Source of the DNA: an uncultured Bacteroidales bacterium
GTDB taxonomy: Bacteria > Bacteroidota > Bacteroidia > Bacteroidales > JAGOPY01
Direction: 5' to 3'
Assembly (NCBI GenBank): GCA_964489545.1
Contig: CAZAZE010000007.1
Span: forward strand, 120,015-184,014
Length of the DNA: 64,000 nt
Shown: positions 1-9,084 of the stretch, in pieces
Numbering within the stretch: the first letter of the stretch is position 1
How the letters are laid out: each line of letters opens with the position of its first letter
The notes under the pieces: generated by a model
Database searches by the model: none
The model's input: the letters and a program-made list of their open reading frames with translations, nothing else
Told to the model about the DNA's origin: nothing
Made by a program: the position numbers and the translations under genes

Positions 1-906
1 ATTCCTTACTTCGTCAACCTGTTCAGTTACCTGTTCACCTTCATCTCGGTGATCTACTTCACCTCACGGATGGCCGCCAACACCGAGATTGTCGCGATAC
101 TGAGCAGCGGGATCAGCTACTACCGGATGCTGAGGCCTTATTTCTTTTCCGCCATCATCCTGGCCATCCTCTCCTTTTATCTCGCCAACTTTCTCATCCC
201 GCCCACCAACCAGAAAAGGCGCATGTTCACGGATGTGTATATCTCCAAATTATCCAAAAGCAAAGACACCCATATCCATCTCCAGATCAATCCCGGCACC
301 TTTGTCTACATGGAAAGTTTCAACATGAAAAGCAAGAGCGGGTACCGGTTCACCCTGGAAAAATTCACGGGGAACAAGATGGATTACAAACTCACCTCAG
401 ACCGGATTCTCTGGGACAGCACAGGCAGCAAGTGGCTGATCGACAATTACACCATTCGGACCATCGACGGAAACACCGAAAAAATAACGAAAGGGGCTCG
501 GATGGATACGGTGTTGAACCTTTCGCCCTCCGAACTGGTGATCAAGAAGGAGTATTATGAAGAGATGACGTTCGCGGAACTGCGCAGGTTCATCGAACAG
601 GAGCGCATCAAAGGGTCAGAGGAGATTGTATTCTACGAGATGGAAAAGCACAACCGCATCGCCTCTCCTTTTGCCACCCTGGTCATGACCCTGATCGGGG
701 TATCGCTGTCGAGCCGGAAAATGCGCGGCGGCATCGGGATGCACCTGGGACTGGGCATCCTCCTGGCTTTTTCCTACATCCTGTTCATGCGTGTCACCTC
801 CGTTTTTGCGACCTACGGCAATCTGCCCCCCTCGGTCGCCGCCTGGATCCCCAACATTGTTTTCACCCTAATCGGGCTGTACCTGTTGAAAAAAGCGCCC
901 AAGTAG
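1..906 (+). CDS. LptF/LptG-family (YjgP/YjgQ) LPS export permease, C-terminal ~300 aa; the 5' end lies outside the window
   Basis: The frame is open from nt 1, with no stop upstream of the listed GTG at 49. Hydrophobic helices flank a ~150-aa soluble insert, then three C-terminal TM helices, which is the typical LptF/G layout. Confidence 0.7.
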   Translation: MPYFVNLFSYLFTFISVIYFTSRMAANTEIVAILSSGISYYRMLRPYFFSAIILAILSFYLANFLIPPTNQKRRMFTDVYISKLSKSKDTHIHLQINPGTFVYMESFNMKSKSGYRFTLEKFTGNKMDYKLTSDRILWDSTGSKWLIDNYTIRTIDGNTEKITKGARMDTVLNLSPSELVIKKEYYEEMTFAELRRFIEQERIKGSEEIVFYEMEKHNRIASPFATLVMTLIGVSLSSRKMRGGIGMHLGLGILLAFSYILFMRVTSVFATYGNLPPSVAAWIPNIVFTLIGLYLLKKAPK

Positions 907-969
907 GCGACATACCGGAGGGTTGAAAAATAATCTGTTTTTTCAGGGCTTACTTTAATGGCTTCGTTG

Positions 970-977
970 TATTTTTG
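970..977 (+). promoter_or_regulatory. Bacteroidota -7 promoter box (TATTTTTG, consensus TAnnTTTG)
   Basis: Exact match to TAnnTTTG, 29 nt upstream of the ATG at 1006, in an AT-rich spacer. Confidence 0.35.
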
Positions 978-1005
978 AAGACCAATCACGCCCGATAACC
1001 CGGTT

Positions 1006-2559
1006 ATGGCCCTGATCAACTCAGTATTGTCCTGGTTAATCAAAAAACGGATTCACCAGATCGGACTTTTCATCCAGTACCCGCATGAGGTGCAGGGTGA
1101 ATGGTTCCGTAAACTGATCACCGCGGCCAAAAACACCGAATGGGGCCTCAGGTACGATTATGAGTCCATCAAAACGGTGGAACAGTTCAGGGAGCGTGTG
1201 CCGCTAAGCACCTACGACGATTTGAAACCCTATATAGAACGGATGCGCCAGGGGCAGCAGAACGTTCTGTGGCCGGGCGACATCCGGTGGTTCGCGAAGT
1301 CGTCGGGTACCACCAGCGATAAGAGCAAATACATCCCCGTCAGCCAGGAAGCGCTGGAAGAATGCCATTTCAAAGGCGGGAAGGATATGCTTTCGCTCTA
1401 CTGCAACAACTTTCCCAACACGGCGCTTTTTGACGGTCGCGGACTGGCCATGGGCGGGAGCCATAAGATCAGTGAGATTAATAACGCCTCCTTTTACGAT
1501 GGGGACCTTTCGGCCATTCTGATCCAGAACCTGCCCTACTGGGCGGAGTTCATCCGGGTTCCGAAAAAAAGCACGGCGCTTATGGATAACTGGGAGGAAA
1601 AAATCGAGCTGATGGCTGATGAAACCATTCCCCACAATGTGACCAGCCTGAGCGGGGTTCCCTCCTGGCTCCTGCTCCTGCTCCGAAGGGTTTTGGAAAA
1701 GACCGGCAAAAACAATATCCTGGAGGTCTGGCCAAACCTGGAAGTCTATTTTCACGGCGGGGTGAACTTCCAGCCTTACCGCGAACAATTCAAAAGCATC
1801 ATTCCATCGGCTGAGATGAATTATATGGAGACCTACAACGCATCGGAAGGTTTCTTTGGCATCCAGGACGAAGCGCTGTCGCAATCCATGCTCCTGATGC
1901 TTGATTACGGCATCTATTATGAATTCATCCCCGCCGGCCAGCTCGACGAGGAACATCCCCGCGCACTGGGCCTGGATGAAGTGGACACGGAAACCAACTA
2001 TGCCCTGGTCATCTCAACCAACGCTGGGCTTTGGCGCTATGTTATCGGCGACACGATCCGGTTCACCACGCTGAAGCCTTACCGGGTGCAGATCTCCGGC
2101 CGCACACGCAATTTCATCAATGCCGCCGGCGAGGAAGTGATTGTGGAAAACGCGGAAAAAGCCCTCATGATCGCCTGCAGAAAATGCAACGCCATCGTGA
2201 GCGAATATACCGCAGCCCCCAGGTTTTTCCGGGAGAAAGACCGCATTGCCCACGAATGGCTGATCGAATTCGAAACGCTTCCCGCCGACCTGGATTATTT
2301 CTCGGAAGCCCTCGACAATGCCCTGAAAACCCTGAACTCGGATTATGAAGCCAAACGATTCCACGATATGGTGCTGGTGCCCCCTTTGGTTCGGCCGGTT
2401 CCTAAAGGCACTTTCTATGAATGGCTGAAACACAAGGGGAAACTCGGCGGGCAAAATAAAGTCCCGCGGCTGGCCAACGACCGGAGGTACATCGACGAGA
2501 TCCTTGCCATCATGAACAGCACGGGTGATGAATCACCGAATATTAAAACTGAATTATAA
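1006..2559 (+). CDS. GH3-family (auxin-responsive-promoter family) adenylating acyl-acid amido synthetase-like protein
   Basis: 517 aa. The N-terminus is ...FRERVPLSTYDDLKPYIERM... followed by FAKSSGTTSDKSKYIPVS (an ANL-type SSGTT nucleotide motif). The C-terminal end is ...GGQNKVPRL. Length and motifs match bacterial GH3 proteins. Confidence 0.8.
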   Translation: MALINSVLSWLIKKRIHQIGLFIQYPHEVQGEWFRKLITAAKNTEWGLRYDYESIKTVEQFRERVPLSTYDDLKPYIERMRQGQQNVLWPGDIRWFAKSSGTTSDKSKYIPVSQEALEECHFKGGKDMLSLYCNNFPNTALFDGRGLAMGGSHKISEINNASFYDGDLSAILIQNLPYWAEFIRVPKKSTALMDNWEEKIELMADETIPHNVTSLSGVPSWLLLLLRRVLEKTGKNNILEVWPNLEVYFHGGVNFQPYREQFKSIIPSAEMNYMETYNASEGFFGIQDEALSQSMLLMLDYGIYYEFIPAGQLDEEHPRALGLDEVDTETNYALVISTNAGLWRYVIGDTIRFTTLKPYRVQISGRTRNFINAAGEEVIVENAEKALMIACRKCNAIVSEYTAAPRFFREKDRIAHEWLIEFETLPADLDYFSEALDNALKTLNSDYEAKRFHDMVLVPPLVRPVPKGTFYEWLKHKGKLGGQNKVPRLANDRRYIDEILAIMNSTGDESPNIKTEL

Positions 2560-2576
2560 CCCCTAACCATTAAATC

Positions 2577-3191
2577 ATGCACATCGCTATCGCAGGCAAT
2601 ATCGGCGCCGGCAAAACTACACTGACGGAACTGCTCGCCAAACATTTCGGCTGGGAACCGCATTATGAAGACGTCGAATCCAACCCTTACCTGAACAGCT
2701 TTTATGAAGATATGCAGCGCTGGTCGTTCAACCTCCAGGTGTATTTCCTGGCAAGCCGGTTCCGCCAGATCATCAACATACACTCCAGCGGCAGGAATGT
2801 GATACAGGACCGGACCATTTATGAGGACGCGCACATCTTCGCCCCCAACCTCCATGAAATGAACCTGATGGAGACACGTGACTTTGAAAATTACGCCGCC
2901 CTGTTCGAGCTGATCAGCGCGCTCATCAAGCCTCCTGACCTGTTGATATACCTCCGGTCGACCGTGCCCAACCTGGTCAGGCAGATCCAGCGCCGCGGGA
3001 GGGTGTACGAAGAATCGATCCGGCTGGACTACCTGAAAAGCCTGAACGAACGCTATGAATCCTGGATTTCACGCTACAAGCAAGGCAAACTCCTCATCAT
3101 CAACGTCGATGAGGTGAATTTTGCAGATAATCCCCAGGATCTCGGCCTCGTCATCGAGAAGATCCAGGCTGAAATCCACGGTTTGTTCTGA
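2577..3191 (+). CDS. Deoxynucleoside kinase (dNK/dCK/dGK family), paralog 1
   Basis: P-loop IAIAGNIGAGKTTL, a DRT/ED substrate motif (IQDRTIYED) and an Arg-rich LID (RQIQRRGRVYE). 204 aa. Confidence 0.85.
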   Translation: MHIAIAGNIGAGKTTLTELLAKHFGWEPHYEDVESNPYLNSFYEDMQRWSFNLQVYFLASRFRQIINIHSSGRNVIQDRTIYEDAHIFAPNLHEMNLMETRDFENYAALFELISALIKPPDLLIYLRSTVPNLVRQIQRRGRVYEESIRLDYLKSLNERYESWISRYKQGKLLIINVDEVNFADNPQDLGLVIEKIQAEIHGLF

Positions 3192-3202
3192 TCCTGCAGC
3201 TC

Positions 3203-3958
3203 ATGCGTATTCTTGGCATAATACCGGCGCGTTTTGCTTCGACCCGTTTTCCGGGCAAGCCGCTGGCCGATATCAACGGCAGGTCTATGATCCTGCGCGT
3301 TTGCGAGCAGTCGTCGAAAGCCCGGTCACTTTCCGATGTTCTGGTAGCCACCGATGATGACCGGATCTTCCGCCATGTCAGCGACGCCGGCTACAATGTG
3401 GTGATGACGGATCCGGCACACCGCAGCGGCACGGACCGCTGCCTGGAGGCGCTGCAGCTTTGGAACCGGGATCAATCCGAACCGGCCGGCGCCGTGGTCA
3501 ACATCCAGGGCGACGAGCCCTTCATACAGCCGGAACAGATCGATCAGGTTGCAAAACTACTGACCGGCCGGCCCGGGATGATCGCCACCCTGGCCCGGAC
3601 CATCAGCAACAGGAAAGACCTTTTCAGCCCCGATGTGGTCAAAGTGGTCTTCTCCAAAGATATGACAGCCCTGTACTTCAGCCGGGCGCCCATCCCCTGC
3701 CTGCGCGGCGTGCAGGAGAAGACCTGGCATAAGCAAAGATTGCATTACCAGCATATCGGGATCTACGGGTATGCCACCGACGTGCTGGAACAAATCTGCA
3801 CACTGGAAGCGGGAACGCTGGAACAGGCTGAGTCGCTGGAGCAGCTCCGCTGGCTGCAGCATGGTTACCGGATCAGTGTGGGACTGACTGAGTATGAGAC
3901 CCGGAGCGTTGATACCCCCGAAGATTTGTTAAAAATTACTAACACCGCTTTGCTGTAA
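3203..3958 (+). CDS. kdsB: 3-deoxy-manno-octulosonate cytidylyltransferase (CMP-Kdo synthetase)
   Basis: N-terminus ILGIIPARFASTRFPGKPL, an IQGDEPF motif, 251 aa. Confidence 0.9.
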   Translation: MRILGIIPARFASTRFPGKPLADINGRSMILRVCEQSSKARSLSDVLVATDDDRIFRHVSDAGYNVVMTDPAHRSGTDRCLEALQLWNRDQSEPAGAVVNIQGDEPFIQPEQIDQVAKLLTGRPGMIATLARTISNRKDLFSPDVVKVVFSKDMTALYFSRAPIPCLRGVQEKTWHKQRLHYQHIGIYGYATDVLEQICTLEAGTLEQAESLEQLRWLQHGYRISVGLTEYETRSVDTPEDLLKITNTALL

Positions 3959-4007
3959 GGATTACATCTCTTAAATTAGCAAAAAAAATTAAGCCCTTCT
4001 TAATCTG

Positions 4008-5030
4008 ATGCAACAGATTGTGACCCATCTCCGCGATCTCCTGTTCATGCATGATTGCGTGACCATTCCGGGGCTTGGGGGATTTATCATGCACGCTCAG
4101 CCAGCGCGCATCGACCGCGAGAGAGGCCGGCTGTTCCCTCCGGCACGGGTTGCCACGTTTAACAGTAAGCTCTCGCATGATGACGGATTGCTGACCAGCG
4201 CCATAGCCCATGAGGAAAAACTGGAATATGGACTGGCTTCCGAAATGGTTACCCGGTTTGTTCAGGATACACGGCGGCAGCTTTCGGAAGGGATGCCTGT
4301 GATGCTGGAAGGGATCGGGGAACTTTACGAAGGCTATGAAGGGAACCTGAGGTTCCTGCCCAAGCACGGGGCAAGCCTCTCCTCCGATTATTTCGGCCTG
4401 GAACCGGTCACGGCCCGGCCGCTCCGGCCTTCCAGGCCCCAGACCAGGGGGATGACCCGGCACGAAGACCGGAAGACCCCGGTCTTCATGGAACGCCAGC
4501 CCGCTTCGGTACGGTGGACCGTAGCCCTCACCCTTCCCGTCATCCTGTTCCTGCTGTATGGGATACTGTTCCCGGTATCCATGCAACCCATCATCACCGG
4601 CGTCGCCGGTCTGTTCCAGGACGCCCCGTCATTGATCCTCCGGCAAGATTATTCCGCTGAGCCATCCGTTCCCGAAAACCTGGCGCCGGCGCCATCCGAA
4701 ATGATCGTTATTTCCGCCGAAGAGCCGGAACAAGTACCGCTCCACCCATCGGAAGTCAAAATCACTGACCCCGCACCCTCGATTTCGCAACCCGTTGCAT
4801 CAGGCCCCAGGTTCTATATCATCGGGGGCTGTTTTGAACAGGTTCAAAATGCGGAAAAATTCAGGGAACAACTCGCCCGGCAGGGTTACCCCTCCGAAGA
4901 AGCCGGTGTGAACCGGCTCGGACAGATCCGCGTCAGCTACCATAGTTTCAGCGAACGGGCAGCGGCGCTGGAGTACCTGGAAGAAATCCGGAACAACGTC
5001 AACCCGTCCGCCTGGCTTCTTAAATATTAA
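4008..5030 (+). CDS. HU-like (HU-CCDC81-type) N-terminal domain / single TM / C-terminal SPOR-domain protein
   Basis: The N-terminal ~120 aa carry HU-like strand-turn motifs (VTIPGLGGF ... LEGIGELY). A Pro/Arg-rich linker follows. One TM helix is present (VRWTVALTLPVILFLLYGILFPV). The C-terminal ~75 aa look SPOR-like (RFYIIGGCFEQVQNAEKFREQLARQGY...RVSYHSFSERAAALEYL). Confidence 0.65.
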   Translation: MQQIVTHLRDLLFMHDCVTIPGLGGFIMHAQPARIDRERGRLFPPARVATFNSKLSHDDGLLTSAIAHEEKLEYGLASEMVTRFVQDTRRQLSEGMPVMLEGIGELYEGYEGNLRFLPKHGASLSSDYFGLEPVTARPLRPSRPQTRGMTRHEDRKTPVFMERQPASVRWTVALTLPVILFLLYGILFPVSMQPIITGVAGLFQDAPSLILRQDYSAEPSVPENLAPAPSEMIVISAEEPEQVPLHPSEVKITDPAPSISQPVASGPRFYIIGGCFEQVQNAEKFREQLARQGYPSEEAGVNRLGQIRVSYHSFSERAAALEYLEEIRNNVNPSAWLLKY

Positions 5031-5053
5031 CCTTCCGCGTACCATTACCCGAT

Positions 5054-5728
5054 TTGGCTAAGAAGAAGCTGATACATTTTGCGGAAAATCTGACCTTCAG
5101 ACACCTCATCCAGAAGACCTACCGCGACCTGCAGGATGGATTTCCCCTGAAAGGGCGCTGGCACAGCGACCACTTCGGAAATGACCATCCGATCACCCTG
5201 GAACTGGGATGCGGCAAAGGGGAATACACGGTACACCTGGCACAGAAATACCCGGACCGTAACTTCATCGGCATGGACATCAAAGGGGCCAGGCTTTGGA
5301 AAGGGTGCAAAATGGTGGAGGAATGCGGACTGACGAATGTGGCCTTCATCCGTACCCGGGTCGACTGGCTCGACCAGTTTTTCGAATGCGGCGAGGTGGA
5401 TGAGATCTGGATCACTTTTCCCGATCCCCAGCCCCAGACGGGAAGGATAAACAAAAGGCTGACCTCCCCGCCCTTTTTGGAGAAATACCGCCGCGTGATT
5501 AAATCCAACGGCATCATTCATTTGAAAACCGACAATACCGGATTTTTCGAATACTCCCTTGGCGTGATCCAGGGTGAGGGGCACAGGCTGATCCTGTCGT
5601 CCGGCGACTTGTACCAGACGGACCCCGACCACGAAGCAGCCCAGGTTCAGACTTTTTACGAAGAAAAATACCGGCAGCAGGGCATCCCGATCAAATATTG
5701 CGAATTCATCATGAGCCATGAGCACTGA
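5054..5728 (+). CDS. trmB: tRNA (guanine46-N7)-methyltransferase
   Basis: SAM motif LELGCGKGEY, DIKG and FPDP motifs, 224 aa. The listed start is TTG. Confidence 0.85.
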   Translation: MAKKKLIHFAENLTFRHLIQKTYRDLQDGFPLKGRWHSDHFGNDHPITLELGCGKGEYTVHLAQKYPDRNFIGMDIKGARLWKGCKMVEECGLTNVAFIRTRVDWLDQFFECGEVDEIWITFPDPQPQTGRINKRLTSPPFLEKYRRVIKSNGIIHLKTDNTGFFEYSLGVIQGEGHRLILSSGDLYQTDPDHEAAQVQTFYEEKYRQQGIPIKYCEFIMSHEH

Positions 5729-6065
5729 CAGTTCATTTTTTGACAAGGTTTATGAGGTTGCCCGGCAGGTGCCGTATGGGCGGGTGACGAGTTACGGGGC
5801 CATCGCGAATTACCTCGGCGGCCGGATGTCGGCCCGCATGGTTGGATGGGCCATGAACCAGTGCCATGTGCATCCCCATCCCGTGCCCGCGCACCGCGTC
5901 GTGAACCGCAACGGCATGCTGACCGGCAAACACCATTTCGGCGGGCCGATGATCATGCAACAATTGCTGGAGCGCGAAGGCGTCGTCATCATCGACGACC
6001 GGGTGGCCGGGTTCAGCAAACTATTCTGGGACCCTTCGGATGAGCTGCCCCGGAAGGACCTGTGA
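5718..6065 (+). CDS. MGMT-family DNA-binding protein lacking the acceptor cysteine (alkyltransferase-like, ATL)
   Basis: YGRVTSYGAIA helix-turn-helix region. The active-site motif reads VPAHRVV (codon GCG) where canonical MGMT has PCHRV. The start overlaps the trmB 3' end by 11 nt. Confidence 0.75.
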   Translation: MSTDSSFFDKVYEVARQVPYGRVTSYGAIANYLGGRMSARMVGWAMNQCHVHPHPVPAHRVVNRNGMLTGKHHFGGPMIMQQLLEREGVVIIDDRVAGFSKLFWDPSDELPRKDL

Positions 6066-6085
6066 AAGCATGTCTTTATTATTCC

Positions 6086-6093
6086 TAACTTTG
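6086..6093 (+). promoter_or_regulatory. -7 promoter box TAACTTTG
   Basis: TAnnTTTG match 20 nt upstream of the mrp ATG. Confidence 0.4.
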
Positions 6094-6112
6094 CTCCGCA
6101 ATAATTCAGATA

Positions 6113-7150
6113 ATGACGAATAACAACGACCTCATTCTATCTGCCCTGAAGGATGTTCTTTATTTTCCCAAAGGAAGCGATATCGTATCGTTGAACATGG
6201 TGCGGAACATCCAGGTTGACGGGCTGAACGTAAAATTCAACATCGTTTTTCCAAAACAGGATACCAAAAGCGAACCGGCGTTGCAAAAACTGGCGGAAAA
6301 CGCCATACGCACCCATTATAATCCCGATGCGGTGGTCCATATCGAGTTCATGATCGAATATCCATCGCTGACCAGGGTCCGGCACATTGTCGCCATTGGC
6401 TCGGGAAAGGGCGGGGTCGGCAAATCGACCGTCGCGGCCAACCTGGCGGTGGCGCTCAGCAAGAATGGAAACCGCGTGGGCATACTCGACGCGGACATCT
6501 ACGGGCCTTCCATCCCCATCATGTTTGACGTGGTCGACGAGAAGCCTACCATGGACCCCGATGCGGAAAACGGACAGATAATCCCGGTGGAAAAATACGG
6601 CATCAAGATCCAGTCGATCGGCTTCTTTGTCGAAGCGAAGCAGGCGCTCATCTGGCGCGGCCCCATGGCATCGCAGGCGCTGAACCAGCTGCTGAACGAC
6701 ACCCACTGGGGAGAACTCGACTACCTGGTCGTCGATCTTCCGCCGGGCACGGGCGACATTCATCTTACGCTGGTCCAGCAGTATCCCATCGATGGCATCG
6801 CGATCGTTTCCACACCGCAGCAGGTGGCCCTGGCCGACGCCAAAAAAGCCTTCAGCATGTTCAACCAGGAAAAGATCCGGGTACCCATCCTGGGCCTGAT
6901 CGAGAACATGTCGTATTTTACCCCGGCGGAACTTCCGGACAATAAATATTACCTGTTCGGCAAACAGGGCGGTCGCAGGCTGGCCGATGACGCGCGCGTC
7001 AACCTTCTGGCTGAAATCCCGCTGGTGCAAAGCATCTGCGAGTCGGGCGATACGGGAAAACCGGTCGCACTCGACGAAAACTCCCCGGTATACAAGGCAT
7101 TCCATAACCTGGCCGTGAACATCCAGGCAATAGTCGAAAAAAATCACTAA
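6113..7150 (+). CDS. mrp: Mrp/NBP35 (ApbC) iron-sulfur cluster carrier ATPase
   Basis: N-terminal DUF59-like domain, deviant Walker A AIGSGKGGVGKST, 345 aa. Confidence 0.9.
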   Translation: MTNNNDLILSALKDVLYFPKGSDIVSLNMVRNIQVDGLNVKFNIVFPKQDTKSEPALQKLAENAIRTHYNPDAVVHIEFMIEYPSLTRVRHIVAIGSGKGGVGKSTVAANLAVALSKNGNRVGILDADIYGPSIPIMFDVVDEKPTMDPDAENGQIIPVEKYGIKIQSIGFFVEAKQALIWRGPMASQALNQLLNDTHWGELDYLVVDLPPGTGDIHLTLVQQYPIDGIAIVSTPQQVALADAKKAFSMFNQEKIRVPILGLIENMSYFTPAELPDNKYYLFGKQGGRRLADDARVNLLAEIPLVQSICESGDTGKPVALDENSPVYKAFHNLAVNIQAIVEKNH

Positions 7151-7172
7151 TCAGATAACAGATCCAACCATA

Positions 7173-7430
7173 ATGGAAACAAAACAGAATACTGAACTTG
7201 AACGGAAAGTGTTAAACGTCCTCGAACAGATCAGGCCTTACCTGCAGCAGGATGGTGGCGACATCCGGTTCGTAAACCTTACCGAAGACAATGTGGTCAA
7301 TGTGGAACTCCAGGGCGCCTGCGGTTCATGCCCCTATAGCATCATCACCCTGAAAAACGGAGTGGAGTCGGCTATTAAAAAAGCCATCCCGGACATCAAA
7401 TCGGTGGAAGCGATCAATATGGACCTATAG
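7173..7430 (+). CDS. NifU-family (Nfu C-terminal domain) Fe-S assembly protein
   Basis: 85 aa with the CGSCP motif. Sits adjacent to mrp. Confidence 0.85.
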   Translation: METKQNTELERKVLNVLEQIRPYLQQDGGDIRFVNLTEDNVVNVELQGACGSCPYSIITLKNGVESAIKKAIPDIKSVEAINMDL

Positions 7431-9074
7431 AGCCAGGTACCTGGCCACGATCGGCATCCTCCGCCCCATGCCGAAGGCTTTTGGGGAGACCCTGAGGATG
7501 GGCGGCGTCTGGTGCCGTTTGTATTCGTTGGTGTTCACCAGCCACAGCACCCGGTTGACCATTTCCTCGTCAAAACCTTCATCAATAAGGTCTTTCGGAC
7601 CCTTTCGCATCTCTATGTACTGGTACAGCACACGGTCCAGTATATCATATTCGGGAAGGGAATCGCTGTCTTTCTGGTTATGCCGCAATTCGGCCGAAGG
7701 CGGCTTGGTGATCGTCCGTACCGGGATGATCTCTTTTTCTGCATTAATGAAGCCGGCCAGCTCGTAGACCTGGGTTTTATAGACATCACCCAGTACCGAA
7801 AGCCCGCCGTTCATATCGCCGTAAAGCGTTCCATAACCAACCGCCGCCTCGCTTTTGTTGGAAGTATTGAGGAGAATATGGCCGAATTTGTTGGAAAGCG
7901 CCATTAGGATCGTGCCCCGGATCCGGGCCTGCAGGTTTTCTTCGGTCACGTTAAAAGGCGTCCCCCCGAACCAGGGGCTCAGCGTTTCAAGCATCACGTC
8001 GAAAGAATCCGATATCGGGATCAGGTCATGGCGGCAGCCCAGGTTCTCCGCCAATAACCGGGCGTCCTCGATACTGTGGTCTGAAGAGAACCGGGACGGC
8101 ATCAGGATGCCCCACACGTTTTCCGGGCCCAGGGCACGGGCAGCCAGTACCATAGTGACCGCGGAATCGATCCCGCCCGACAACCCCAGGAGGGCTCCGG
8201 AGAAACCGAGTTTTTTAAAATAATCACGGATGCCCAGTACCAGCGCCTCATGGATCAGGCTGATCTTCACATCACGTTCGGGGGTGCAATGCCGGAAGGG
8301 GCCATCCGTTGTCACAACCTGGTCCAGTTCATAGACGCGGAAATCTTCCCTGAAATAATCCAGCTCGTCCCAAACCGCTCCGCCGGGACCAAACACCATG
8401 GAACCTCCGTCAAAGATGAGTTCGGTCTGCGCCCCCACATGATTGACATAAAAAAGAGGCAAAGAATATTTTTTTACGCTCCGGGCCAGTACTTCCCTGC
8501 GTCTCTGAGCCTGATCATAATGAAAAGGCGAGGCGGCGATGTTGATCATCAGGTCCGGTGAAAAGCGTGCCAGCTCGTCCATCGGGTTCACCACGTACAT
8601 CGGGTCGCTGCCGGTGTCCCACAGGTCTTCGCAGATGGTCAGGGCAATCCTTTTCCCCTTGAACTCAAGGATCCGGAAGTCGCGGCCCGGCTCAAAGTAC
8701 CGGTATTCGTCAAATACGTCGTAATTGGGTAAAAGGGCTTTGTAATGAGCGGAGACCACCCGGCCTTCGGCAAGGAACAACGCGGCATTCAGCAGGTTTT
8801 TCCCTTTCAGTTCCGGGTTAGGGACCGGACAACCGATGATTGCGGCAACACCCCGGCATTCCTTGGCAATCTCAGCAGTGGCGGCGGCGCACCGTTCGAT
8901 AAAATCGTCAAATTCCAGGAAATCCCTGGGCGGATAGCCCGAAACGGATAGTTCCGCAAAAACCACCAGGTCAGCGCCCGCAGCACGGGCCCGGGCCACG
9001 GCCTCCTTCATTTTACGGATATTTTCCGAAAAATTCCCGATGTGGTAACCCAATTGCGCCAGTGCTATTCTCAT
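7425..9074 (-). CDS. nadE: Glutamine-dependent NAD+ synthetase
   Basis: N-terminal CN-hydrolase domain (VFAELSVSGYPPRD ... TICEDLW) and a C-terminal PP-loop (GLSGGIDSAV). I prefer the ATG at 9074 (MRIALAQL) because the listed start at 9104 would overlap the upstream gene. Confidence 0.9.
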   Translation of the reverse strand: MRIALAQLGYHIGNFSENIRKMKEAVARARAAGADLVVFAELSVSGYPPRDFLEFDDFIERCAAATAEIAKECRGVAAIIGCPVPNPELKGKNLLNAALFLAEGRVVSAHYKALLPNYDVFDEYRYFEPGRDFRILEFKGKRIALTICEDLWDTGSDPMYVVNPMDELARFSPDLMINIAASPFHYDQAQRRREVLARSVKKYSLPLFYVNHVGAQTELIFDGGSMVFGPGGAVWDELDYFREDFRVYELDQVVTTDGPFRHCTPERDVKISLIHEALVLGIRDYFKKLGFSGALLGLSGGIDSAVTMVLAARALGPENVWGILMPSRFSSDHSIEDARLLAENLGCRHDLIPISDSFDVMLETLSPWFGGTPFNVTEENLQARIRGTILMALSNKFGHILLNTSNKSEAAVGYGTLYGDMNGGLSVLGDVYKTQVYELAGFINAEKEIIPVRTITKPPSAELRHNQKDSDSLPEYDILDRVLYQYIEMRKGPKDLIDEGFDEEMVNRVLWLVNTNEYKRHQTPPILRVSPKAFGMGRRMPIVARYLAL

Positions 9075-9084
9075 GTCATCGACT

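Noticed and set aside
6137-7147. A 336-aa minus-strand ORF
   Set aside because: It is an exact mirror of mrp, which carries an unambiguous GKGGVGKST P-loop. This is a shadow frame.
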